A DNA stretch of 64,000 bases from the NCBI GenBank assembly GCA_965112155.1, contig OZ218103.1; one strand, written 5' to 3'. The notes under the pieces were generated by a model. That model had not been told where the DNA came from, searched no databases, and was given only the letters and a program-made list of their open reading frames with translations. This DNA comes from Podarcis liolepis (lineage: Eukaryota). Positions 1-12,192 of this stretch are shown piece by piece; the stretch's first letter is position 1, and each line of letters opens with the position of its first letter. The translations under genes were made by a program, and so were the position numbers.

Positions 1-370
1 CAAGGCAGTGGAGGTTTGGGTGAGAGTTTTCCTTCTCCTAGATGGAAACCTCCTTCCCATGTTGACCATCTGCCTCTCACTCCCCTCTGCAGCACGTGCA
101 GAACCTGCCTTCCTGACAGTTGAATGGACAGCTCTCATCCATTTAGTCCCCTGGAGCCTGTCTTCTCATGTAGGGGAAGTCCCTGACACATCAAGGGTTT
201 GAGACCCATCGGCTACCCACACCTGGTTTAGACAGCCAGCTGAAACCACTTCCTGGGGTGGAGCCACTGTCACATGCTGCCAGCTTTCAGGAGCCCAGGT
301 GAATGCTGAGTGCAGGGTGGGGACCAAAGATGGAGAAACTGCCCAAGAAGGAGCAAACGTACGCCCCACC
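1..370. mobile_element. Probable non-LTR retroelement (RTE-like) fragment
   Basis: gagttttccttctcctagatgg...ccttccc resembles RTE-clade leader sequence from memory; unverified. Confidence 0.3.
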
Positions 371-570
371 AGATTTTACAATCCTTCCCTAACATCCCAT
401 GCACCCCTTTGGCTATGTACACATCATATGTTTAAAGCCCAAGAATCCTGGGAACTGCAATATGTTAAGAAACTACATCTCCCAGGATGAACTACAGCTC
501 CCAGTGGGGAAACTGCAGCTCCCAGGATGATTTGCTGAAAGCCATCTGCCTTAAACATATAGGGTGTACC

Positions 571-801
571 CAGTGCTTTTTTTCCTAAAAAAAATGTTTT
601 GGGGTACTCTCACTTCCGTCTGAGACTTCGGAAACACCAGGAAAGGAAAGGAAGCTGCCAAGGGTGGTAAGAATGGAACTGACAATTAACCATGCTAGAG
701 AAGAAACTAAAAATTTAATTTTTTGAAGTTTCTTCTCCTGTTAGATTCACAAAATGTTTAGGGGTATGAGTACCCCTGCATACCCCCAGAGAAAAGCACT
801 G
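571..801. mobile_element. hAT-type MITE (CAGTGCTTTT TIR)
   Basis: TIRs cagtgcttttt / gaaaagcactg, partial TSD tgtacc; same family as 63069-63213. Confidence 0.7.
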
Positions 802-1578
802 TGTACCAATACGAGCCCATTAAAACTAATATTGATGTAAGTGTGAACAGAGACATGGAACAGAATCTGAGGTAACCATAGTTTTTTTTTTGAAATGCTT
901 TTCACATTGACCCTTTCTAACTTTGGGTGTAATTGAGAAACCACTAATGGGACAAATGTGATTTTTCCTAGGCAAACCTGTCTATCATTACCACATAGTT
1001 TTGTAATCCATAGTATGACCTGTTTGAGGTTAACCAATATTTCTTTTGATTCGGTTATCAGATGCAGGCCTTATTTTGTTTCAAAGAACTACATTCTTGC
1101 TTTCAAGTAGGAAAGAGCCCTGGCAGATAAGCCTTGAGTTGGACCCCATTAAAGAAATTGCCTCTGTTCTTCAGTCTGTTAAACCCTTAGGGCACATCCT
1201 TCCAGATGGTTCTGAATGAGTGCATTCAATGCACTGTGTTGGCTAGAGTTCAAACAATGGGTGGATTCTCAAACAGATTCTTGTAAATTTGAATTTGTAT
1301 TATCTTTTTTTTCCAAAATAAGGATTTTAAAAGGGGGAGGAGAAGTGGTTTTGTTTTGTTTTTAATACTGAATCTGTTTATAGTAGTAAATCAAAGTAGT
1401 ATATAGATCCCTTCAGGTGTTCTGTATTCCCTGTATTACTATTTTTAAATTAAGGAACCTCCTTGTGGTTGTCTTCCTGCAGGTGGATCTATAACCAATA
1501 TTCATAATTTTCAGCTCGTTGGCATAATATATTATATACAGCTATCAATACATCTTTTTATGAGGAGGCGGCAAACCA

Positions 1579-2516
1579 ATGGTCTCAGTAAATCATAGCA
1601 AACTGGTGTCTGCTTCAAGTCAGCTGACTGCTTCAGCTCCCATTCAGTTAGCCAACGCTTCAGTTGCTCTCAAGCATGAGATGCCACCGTTGAATTTGCT
1701 GCAGGATTGCAGCGGAGAGCAGGCTTCTAACCCATCAGCTATCTCCAACTTAATCTGCACATCAGAGACGGGTGTTTCGCAGTCCAAGGTAAAGAAGGAT
1801 GGGGAGAAACCACAGACCACTATCTACGAAGCCTACCTCAGACTTCCTGATTTTTGCCCGGAACTCTCCAGGGACTTTAGCCCTACACTGGAGGAGATTG
1901 AGGAGTTCCTGAATGAGAAAATGGCAATTCTCAAAGATGAGCTGAATGACAAGCAGCAGGCAGGAGGACAGCTTAAGAAAAAGTCTGAGATCAGCTTGGG
2001 TAGCCCCGGGGAACAGTCTGTTCCTGTAGCTGTTCCGGATGAAGGCCTTTCCTGCTCTGCTCAGTCAGGAGTGGTGGTTTCTGGTGGTACAGGCATCCTA
2101 GGGACTGCAGGGACTGTCCCAGTTGTCCTTCAGATCCAGCCCAACCAAGCGAGTGAAGGCAACTCGCCAACCCAGAGCCCTGTTGGTGGTATTAGGGTGG
2201 CTCAGTTGGTCATCAGAATGCAAGGGCAGAGCCTGACTGTTCTTCCCCAGGTCATCCAAAGCCCTTCAACAGGCACAGAACAAAAATATGTACGGATAGC
2301 CCCTTTGCCTGTGACGCTGAGGCCTGGAGTTCTTGGAAGCGTGAAGAATGTGGAGGCCAAGGCCCCCAAAGCCTTCCCTCCTGTCATCCGAGTCCACAAG
2401 TGCACACATCCCGGTTGCACAAAGATGTACACTAAGAGTTCTCACCTCAAGGCACACTTCCGACGCCATACTGGAGAAAAGCCTTACACCTGTACTTGGC
2501 CCAACTGTGGCTGGAG
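1579..2516 (+). CDS. KLF15-like Kruppel-like factor, coding exon 1 (N-terminus, ZF1, first half of ZF2)
   Basis: ORF carries KLF15-type motifs [53 protein letters not shown] and [40 protein letters not shown]. Donor AG|GTAAGT after 2516 (phase 2). Likely acceptor ttcctgcag| at 1482 gives a 96-nt 5' UTR segment with an in-frame TAA, so 1579 is the start. Confidence 0.9.
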
Positions 2517-3139
2517 GTAAGTGTGTGGCAATAAAAAAACGGCCTGGTTATTTGATTATTTTTTTGAAAGTTGACAGTTGACTTCGTTGCTCAATGAAAG
2601 CTTTGTGGGATCAGATAGGCTCACTTACGGTAACTACTAGAATAAACTAGTACTTCCAGCCAACAGTGCAATCGTGTATATTTCTCAGGCACCAGTCTCA
2701 TTGTTTTCAGCGAGGCCTACTACCAAATCCTGTAGAAGTGTGTTTAGGACTGCAAGGTTATGTATTGGTTGAGAAATAATTTAAAATGTATTGCCTGAAC
2801 TGAAGTATACATGCGTCCTGGACACAACCCACTAGACATTTCTCTATAAGCTCTGCTGAAATGGATTGGAGCTGTTCAAGAACATTGGTGATGATCATTG
2901 GTGCTTTTTAATATTACCATCTGTGTCTTTTTTAAGGAAACAACTCCAATGAAAACAAACAAATCTCATATTTGGTCAACAGTGAATGAATCTTTCACTG
3001 ATGGGATTCAATTAGAAATTGTTATTTTTCCATCCCTGGTCAGATAATGATTGATACATACACAGCACTGTTGCCATATTTTATTCTTTTATTTCCTCAG
3101 CAAGGTTTCTGTTCCTCCTTTGACTGCCAGGCAGCGCAC

Positions 3140-3515
3140 AAATGATAATGCTAGGCTTCATTAGGAGAGGAATTGAAAATAAAACTGCCGATACCATAAT
3201 GCCGTTATACATATCTATGGTACAACTGCATTTGGAATACTGTTCCATATGGTTCTGGTGGCCTCTCCTTGAACAGGACATTGTAGAGCTGGTAAAGGTT
3301 CAGAAAAGGGCAACCAAAACTGGTCAAGGGGGCGGAGCAACTTATCTATGAGGAAAGGTTGCAGAATATGGAACCACAGAAAAAAAAGTGAGTAAAGGTG
3401 ATGTAATAGACATTCATAAAATGATGCATGTCGTGGAGAAAGTGGCTCGAGAAAAGTTTTTCTTCTTTTCTCCTAACACTGGAGCTTGTGGACCTCCAAT
3501 AAAACTGAATGTTGG
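3140..3515 (+). mobile_element. CR1 LINE 3' fragment
   Basis: Degenerate ORF2 tail LGFIRRGIENKTADTIMPLYISMVQLHLEYCSIWFW...VQKRATK. Confidence 0.85.
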
Positions 3516-4645
3516 CACTGAATGTTCGTGTGTTGCATTTTTGCTAATCTTGCAACTGTTCAAGGGCATAGGACCTCTTCCCTGATGGGAGAGAAAAATA
3601 AAAGGGTCCTTGCACTAGCCTCCCCATGCACTATAATTGTGCAACCCACCATTCTTTTTCAACAGCTTTGTGAATAATTTCACCTTAATCGTTCTGCATT
3701 TCCCAGAATTAATTCCATGAGTAGATTAGCTGCAGTTTACAGACTTCTGTGACCTGCTGGGGTGTAGCTGATAGTCCAGGTACAAGCTCAAGACAGTCAT
3801 GTGGCAAGGAGTTCCTTCTTTTAATAGGTTCCTTTTTTCTGATCCTTCCCATACATATGATGTACTGAAGTCGCAAAGTCTTCTGGGATTGCATTTGTGT
3901 CTGCCCATGCTGCCCCTTGTACCTTTTCCTCAAGCAGATGGTTTTGTTTAAAACTTAAAAGCCTCCAGCTGTCATGGCATTGGTGGCAGGGACTTTCCAA
4001 ATGTGGAGAGGCTGCTCCTAGGGAACCTGCAGCTGCCAGACTTTGCAGGGGCTTTGCAGCCATTGCTCAGGGCATCTTGTGACAAGAGGAGCTCAGTAAA
4101 ATATCGATATTGTTTCCAAAATACGGAGGGCATGTGCAGTTTCCAAGCTTACCAAACAGGGGAGAAGGGCAGGGACTGGAACAGGCCCCCAGGCAAGGGT
4201 TGCACATATTTGCTCCTGAAATCCCTGACAACATATAGGGTTGAATTTGCTGTTTCCTTGAGAATCATTCTCAAGGGGGTCCTGTGTGATCTTGGCTGAT
4301 CTGCTTCCTTCCAGCTTCTTTGGCTGTAATGACCTGAGACTTTGGAATGTATTCCTGCTTAACTGCAGAAAGTGAAGTCAGGGGGGCTTCTTTCTCCCCC
4401 TTGTAGCTCTGGTAAATGTATTAGGAATCTGTTTGATCTCTGCAGTGCTCTATAAAACCAAACTTCTCCGCTACATTAGATATGAGCTGCAAATGGAGGA
4501 GGAGTCAGTGAGCATAACAAGCTTCTGACTCCACATTCTTTTGTGGACATTATGGATGGGCCCATCTAATGACTCTACCATATGTCTGGGTCACTGAGAA
4601 TGCAGTTTTTAGTTCTTTGCTGCAGCATGTATGCGTCTCCTATAT

Positions 4646-4783
4646 CAGCGATGGGGAACCTGTGGCTCTGCATATGTTACTGGACTACAACTCCTAATAG
4701 GCTCAGCTACAATGGTGGATGGTAGGGATGATGGGAGTTGTAGTCCAGCAACATCTGGAGGGCTGTTATAGGTTAGCCACCCC
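4646..4783. repeat. Short hairpin MITE-like repeat (ggggaacctgtggc..ggactacaactccc / gggagttgtagtcc..ggagggc); further copies near 6447, 7415, 8100, 15590, 19600, 38950, 41160, 42590, 59277, 61020
   Basis: Internal inverted repeats recur in 10 or more degenerate copies across the window. Confidence 0.75.
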
Positions 4784-4799
4784 GGCATCTCCACCCCCA

Positions 4800-5090
4800 T
4801 TGTTCAGCCCAGGCACTGAGGTCCAGCTCTGAGGGCCTCCTGGCAGTTCCCTCACTGTGAGAAGTGAGGTTACAGTGAACCAGGCAGAGGGCCTTCTCGG
4901 TTGTGGCACCTGCCCTGTGAAATGCCCTCCCTTCAGATCTGAAGGCAGCCCTGTTTAGGGAAGTTTTTAATGTTTGATGTTTTATTGTGTTTTTAATATT
5001 CTGTTGGGAGCCACCCAGAGTGGCTGGGGAAACCCAGCCAGGTGGTTGGGGTATAAATAAATTATTATTTTATTTTATTTTTATTAAATA
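4800..5090 (+). mobile_element. L2-like LINE 3' end
   Basis: agggccttctcggttgtggcacctgccctgtgaaatgccctccc motif followed by ggggtataaataa and AT-rich tail. Confidence 0.7.
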
Positions 5091-6899
5091 AGTTTTCAGT
5101 AGCGCAGTGGGTTAGAGTAGATCTCATAACTGCCACTGAGTAGATTACCCAATATCATCCAGGGAATCTGAAAAAGCAGATGATCCAACTGGATTCCTTC
5201 TTTCTAGGGTTGGTGACTGTGAGATCTCCTTTGTAATTATATATTTGCCTTTACAAGGTGCAGAAAGTTATGAAAGGGCAGTGTACCAGTTGGGATTTCT
5301 GAACTGCTTTTAAAGGCTGCACATGTACTGGCATATTTGAAACATATAACCTGTATGCATATGTGCCCTGAAGATCTGTTGCCAATTGCCAAACTCAGTG
5401 GCATGCAGTCATGGGTGAGATGGAAACATACCATTTCAAATACAAGAATGTATGTTGTATGTACGTGTACAAAATCTTTAATATGTGACATATTCATTGA
5501 AAGCGTTTTATTCTGCTCTTCATCCAAAAAAGACTTCTAGAAAGAAAAGGGATTGGGAGAGAAGATGTGGGGGGGGGGGAATGGGATGATTTCAGGCACT
5601 ATTTCCTAGTTACAGATTTCTAATCATCCTTAGTCACGAGCTATTTCTCACGATCTGAAGTTGCAGGGGTTCTTGTCTGCCCATAAGTCTTTTTGAGATT
5701 AGAAAAAGAGACAAAGTTATTCCCTTACATTTCCCCACTCAATGGCACCACTTTGGTTCAATCAGGGCCCCTTGACAATTAAAAAAATAATAAAAAAATT
5801 GTCCAGGGTTGTTTCTGATGTGACTCTGAGTGGGTTGTCAGTGAGATCATGTCTGGTCTGTTCCTGAATTATTATGTAACATTGGACAAGTTGTGCTTCC
5901 TTCTTCGTCTTTGTTTTCCTCACTCCAAACAGAGAGACAGTATTTCACAGAAGCTTGATGACTTTGTTAATATTTGTCAAGGTCTTTGAGTTCCTTTGTT
6001 GGAAGGCACTCCTTGAACTTGTTTTAAGGCTTACTGCTCTTGTCGAAGGCTGATTTTCTTCTACATCATGTCAGCCTTGGTTCATACGTGAAAAGAAATG
6101 AAGGAACCAATAAGGGGTGGGAAGGAGAGAGACAGACAGAATGTCAGTGGTACACAAGAATAAAGGGTCAAGAATGGGCAATTAAACCTCTGTCTTTGTG
6201 CACCTTTGAGAGGTTATATTTTATTTATTATCACCTTTATATCCCAGCAAGGAGCTCAAGGTGACATACATAGTTCTCCCTGACCCCTGCCTGTCCTCAA
6301 AGCAACCTTGTGAGTTTGGTTAAGCTGAGGGACTGTGGCTGGCCCAAGCTCACCCAGTCAGCTTTATGACTGAATGGGAATTTTGAACCCTGGGCTCCCA
6401 AGTCCTAGTCATCTCACTCTACTACATTATCCTTTTCACCTGAGATGGTAAATCTGTGACCCTTCACAAGCTGTTGGGACTATAGCTGCCATCAACCTTG
6501 ATCATTGGCCATGCTGGCTGGGGCTGCTGGGAGTGGAAGATGAACAACATCTGAAGGACCATCAGGTTGTGCCATCCCTGCCCTGCCTGAACCCAAGAGT
6601 GGTTCATGACCTATAGTCCCAATGCACCAGAAGCCAATGAATTGCACCTGCCTGTTTCCAAGTGGCAAAGATTCATGTCTAGAGAAGCTGCTTTCTAGCA
6701 TCTTGCGGTTTCAAAATGTGAGTAGGGTCCATGTTTTCTATTTCTGAAATAGACACTATATTCTTGAGAGTCACACTAGAGCAGCATCTGCTAGACAAAT
6801 CTGCTTTATATCCCAGAATCCTCTCTTGTAGTTTGCTTTGACTGTGTGAGAAGCCATTTGGTGAGAACAACCTCCTTGGTTCACACAACTGTGCAGTAA

Positions 6900-7103
<204 letters not shown>

Positions 7104-7344
7104 CTCTGCTTTTGCTGCCTTGCCAAGAAAATAGTTCCTGCTCAAGTGAGATGACAAATGCAAATATAAAAGACGGCTTTGTTTGTAAGAGAGGAAAGGA
7201 ATTGACTTGTGTAGAGTCTCTTGGAAAGACCAAAGCCTACTTCTACCTGAACATGCCTTTCAATCAGGACCTGCCTCCAAACAGGTCCCTGATACTTGTG
7301 AAGTCTTGTAAAACTTGTAATTAAGTTTGTGGGAAATATGTGAC

Positions 7345-7350
7345 AATAAA
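7345..7350 (+). terminator. Candidate polyadenylation signal of the KLF15-like gene
   Basis: AATAAA about 240 nt after the stop, followed by G/T-rich sequence. Confidence 0.4.
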
Positions 7351-8571
7351 GGATGTTGGGGTGGGCAGGGTGAGATTCACTGTTTAGATCTGAATTTTAG
7401 AATATGGACTGTTTAGGCCAAGGATGGAAGAACCTTTGGGCTTGTAGATTGTGTTGGGCTACAGCTTCCGTTATTTCTGACCATTGGCCATGCTCGGTGA
7501 GATTGATGGGAGGTGGAATCCAACAACATCTGGAAGGCCACAGGTTCTCCACCTGTGGTTTAGGCATTTCTAATGCTTTTTCCTGTGGTGTACACATAGA
7601 ACAGTATTTGAATGGGAGGGTGTGGGTTCTTTTGCATTTCTTTCTGAGTTAGCATCCTGCTTGATCACTCAGCCACTGATTCTGAAACTATAACCAATGC
7701 AATGAAATTACAGGTGAAATATTCACTAAAATGGCAAATCTCAAAGTTCAGAGCTTGAATATCAGTACCAGGAAATCATATTTTCCCAAGTCTTTATTTT
7801 CAGACTATACCTCTCTAAAGCCAAATTGGTTTCATGGCATTCAGTGTAATTTGTGTGATGCGTAATGGTTTGTCTTTAGGAAAATGAATTGCATTATGGA
7901 TTACTGTGAGTTGTTATTCTATAGCCCCAATTTAAATGTTTATTCTGTGAGCTGTACACTGCTTGTGCCTGAGAATGGGACTTGGGGTCCAAGACCTAAC
8001 CTGTACACATGTTAATCCATGGTGGGAAATGTCATCTGATTTGTCTCTGAAATAAGACAAACAAGAGTGTCCTGAGTCTGCCCCAGACTGTAAAGCAGAA
8101 ATGAGGAACCTCCAGATTGCTGGACTACAGCTCCCATTATCCCTAGCCATTAGTCATGCTAGCTGGGGCTGATGGGAGTTGAAGTGCAATAAAAGCCAGA
8201 GGGCCACAGATTCCCCATCCTTGCTATGAAGTTTGGTGGTACAGCCTTAAGTATTGCACACATTGCCTATGGTTACAATTCTATGCCACTTTGTTGAAAG
8301 TGAGCCCCACTGAATACAATGGACTTGTTTCTGAGAAGACATTTATAGCATTGCACTGTAAATGCCTCACATGCCTTTTGTTTGAACTTATTTTGAGCAT
8401 TGTTAATCCACCAGAGCTGTCATTATGGTTTGTTTTGCTTTTATTATTCAGGTTGCTTAACTTACCTTGCACCCATGGAATTCAGGGCTGGTTAGAGAGA
8501 GAGAGAGTGATTGATGCAAGTCCCAACACAGTCAGTCTCATGACTGGGTGGGGATTTAACACAGGTCTACC

Positions 8572-8740
8572 ATGGCATTTCTGTGCGCTGCTCTGGTTTA
8601 CCAGAAGCGGCTTAGTCATGCTGGCCACATGACCCGGAAGCTGTACGCCGGCTCCCTCAGCCAATAAAGCGAGATGAGCGCTGCAACCCCAGAGTCGTCC
8701 GCAACTGGACTTAATAGTCAGGGGTCCCTTTACCTTTACC
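8572..8740 (+). mobile_element. Sauria SINE 3' portion
   Basis: ccagaagcggcttagtcatgctggccacatgacccggaagc...ggtccctttacctttacc with ACCTTT tail. Confidence 0.85.
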
Positions 8741-9635
8741 AGGTTCCCTGTGGTAGCCATTATGACAACTTCCACCTGATGATTTGTTTCTTTAGTTAAA
8801 ACGACGAAGAGTTGTGCAGCACCTTAAAGCAGGAGTGGGCAAGCTGCAGTGCTCCACTTGCTGGGCTCCCAACTCTCATCAGTCCCAGCCAGCATACTCA
8901 GTGGCCAGGGGTGGTAACTGCTAGCCATGATGGGTACATTCTACCCCCACTATTGGACGCAGTATTACCTATGAATGCCGGCTGCTGGGAATCACAAGGT
9001 GGAGGGTTGCTGTTGTGTACGGGCCATGCTTGTGGGCTTCCCACAGGCATCTGGTTAGCCACTGTGAGAACTGGATGCTGGACTAGACGGACCTTTGGAC
9101 TGACCCAGCAGGGCTTTTCTTATGTCGTTGTTATGCATAAGGTTGCAGGTTCAATCCCTGGCATCTCCTGGTAGGGGAGGAGACCCCAGAGAGCCACAGA
9201 TAGTGTAGACATTTCTGAGCTAAGTGGACTCATAGCCTCACCCTGTATAAAATAGCTTCCAATGCTCATGTGTCTTGAACCTATGTGGCAAGATGCCTTG
9301 TTTGTTATGTGTCTCCACCCTGTTTTGATGCAATGGTTCTTGCCAGAAGTTGAGAACAATAGCTTACCAAGTGCAAGTCTAGTAGCCTGCTCTCAAACAT
9401 GTTTACTTGGAAGTGTTTTGATTCTGCGATACATATGTTGAGTGTGCTTCTTGTTGTTACCTGCCTTGGTTATTCAAGCCTCCTTCCCCTGCGGGCACCT
9501 TCTTTTTCCCAGTCTGTGCCAGCCTGAGTGACTCATACACCACCTCTTTCTCTTTTCCTTGCTCCAGCTTCCTTATACATAAAAATAACTTTCCTTTCTC
9601 CAGCTTCATTATCTCACATTACGTTCTTTGGATCT

Positions 9636-9822
9636 GCACACACTATACCTTGAAAGCACATTCTAAGCACATTCTTTCTCTCAAAAAAATAAAATAAACG
9701 TAGGCACTGTAGTTTAAGGATTGCTGGGAATTCTAACTCTGAGAGAGGTCAACTACAGTGCCCAGAATTCTTTGAGGGAAAGAATGTGTTTTGAATGTGC
9801 TTTCAAGGTAGAGCATGTACTA
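9636..9822. repeat. Hairpin MITE-like repeat (aaagcacatt...aatgtgcttt); relatives near 410-570, 35340-35455, 60660-60860
   Basis: taccttgaaagcacattc / gaatgtgctttcaaggta inverted arms. Confidence 0.65.
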
Positions 9823-11745
9823 ATGTTCAGGCTCTGAACTGGGCTCTAAATGAACATCTAAAGAAGCTCTGTCACCATTATTCCTCCCACAGAATGAGCT
9901 TTTGTTGGCAATATCGACTTAGTCTAAAAGAATGTTTGAAAAGCACCTCCTACGGGAAACTGTGCTATGACAATTCTAGCTATTTAAAGCCCTGAAAAAG
10001 AACTTGTGCTCACAGGTGCAGAAATCCAGGATTCATGCCCAGCCATGCAGACAGATATATTTGCATATGTCACAGTAAAGAAAAACAAACTGAATCAGTC
10101 GTCATAGCTGACAGAGTTACTTGTCAACTGCTGCATTCCCTCTCGGAAAGGAAAATGAGTTTTGGCAATGTGTGTGATTCTTCCTCGCCCTCACTCTTTT
10201 CTTAGTTTTCATATAAATATCTCTTTTTAGGCATCCATCAGTCATCTGTGATAAAAGCCCTTTATCTCACATTGGCCTCAGATTAACTTCTTGGCTGTGT
10301 AAATAAAGTACATGTTCTAAAGGTCAATCAGAGGTTGCTGAAAGTTGAGAGAGTCCACAATCCATGGCAATACTGGAATCCCCATTTCCTTCCTTTTCAT
10401 CCTAGCATGACACCATCGTGTCAATACTACCAGGGTCATTAACAGTTCACAGTTTCATAGGTTGATTGCCAATCACAGTGATTTTCTAAATTCAGTCCAC
10501 AAGGAGGGTTGGCTGGAAAACAGACTGGACTATCAATTTAGGCAGATGGGTGGTTAGCTCAGGATAACAACCTTGGGCTAACAACCCTGAGATAGCAGGT
10601 ACCATTGCCTGAATCAACCTATAGATGGGCTAACCCAAGTATCTTCAGATATAACATAAGTTCAATCAGGGGCAAGCAACACGCCCTCAGCCCAATTTCA
10701 CTTTGGGAGACAAGGGGGGGGGAGGGGTTTACAGACAGAGAACATTGAATGAAAGAGGGAGAGAGGGGAGGGGAAGAGCCACAGAGGAAGGGTACTCCTT
10801 CCTACTTTTAACTCTAGCCCTACCCACTACCAACATTCAGCTGCCAATATGTTCTATGTTTGTTCATGACGCTTATAATTTGTCTTTCTTCCATCATGGA
10901 GCCCTAGGCAGTGTACATCTGGTTTCCAGGGAGGCACTCATTAAAGAACTCTGCTTTAACTTCATCAAGGTGCTGGCATGTTGTGATATTATCTTCACAG
11001 GAATACAACCCATTGCAGGGGAAAAAAGGTTCCTGGACCCTGATTTAAAGGGACAAAGAACTGTGATAAAACTGGCATGATGACCTTTTTTGGCGTTGGT
11101 GGGAGTGAATTCTTACTTTCTCAAAGAAGACTGCAAGTTGGGCTTCAAAGAAAGGAATGTCTGGCTGACAGCAATAGTTTTACAGGCAAGGGCAAGAGAT
11201 GTGGTGCACGCTTGGCTATCTGTGTCAGACTTGTCAAGGCTGGAATTCTTGAGGTCTGTTTAAATTGCCTGGTTTTTTTTTTTTTTAATATTTACATTAA
11301 TACATGTTGGATAGGGAGGACAGAGTATGGCTTCACACAGTAGCTGTAGCCTGCTCCTGTGTGAGAGACGTCTTGCACTTGGACTGCTACATGATGCAAG
11401 AGAGCTCTGAGTGTATTTATACAAGTGCTGGAGGAGGAGGCAATACAAAAACCTACCGCTGTGTGGTTTCCAGCTACCTACAATAAAGTATGGGTCAGCT
11501 ATAAGCAATTTTGTCCGACAGAATTACTTGGAACTCACATGTCACAATTTTCCTCATATCCTCCACCATTTCATAGGGGAAAATAGGCCTAGACCTGTGA
11601 ATATGTCTTTGGGTGGGCCCTGGGGTGTGACTTGGCATATAAAGGCAGCTCAGGAAGGTGTGGCACTGCAAATGTACCACAGGCAGAATACAAGGCAAGT
11701 GAGGCACATAATACACACATGCACTGTACTGTTGACTGTTTAGAA

Positions 11746-12192
11746 CATGGGTAGGCAAACTAAGGTCTGCGGGCCGGATCAGGCCCAACTGTCTTCTGGA
11801 TCCAGCCTGCAGACGGTCCAGGAATCACTGTGTGGATCGCCAGCACGCACATGCTTTCCCTCTACCTCACAAGGCGCTGCCTCCTCCCTCCCTCCTCCCG
11901 GCTTCTCCCCGCCCTGCCTAGAGGAGGAAGGAGACCTTGTGGGCTTTGTTGATGCCAGCAGCAGCAGCGCTCGAGCACCGCCATTTTAAGCAGCCCCTCT
12001 CTGGAGCCCTTTCGCATGCTACTCATCGTTCCTCCACTGCCACCGCCAGCCCCTGCTGCTCGCAAGACATAGGTAAGCAGCCACCGGGGCTCATGGTGCT
12101 CTTGCATCACCCCCCCCCCATATAGTCCGGCCCCCCACAAGGTCTGAGGGACAGTGGACTGGCCCCCTGCTGAAAAAGTTTGCTGACCCCTG
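11746..12192 (-). mobile_element. Non-autonomous hAT (Charlie-like) DNA transposon
   Basis: Imperfect TIRs catgggtaggcaaact / agtttgctgacccctg and exact 8-bp TSD GTTTAGAA (11738-11745, 12193-12200). Confidence 0.9.
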
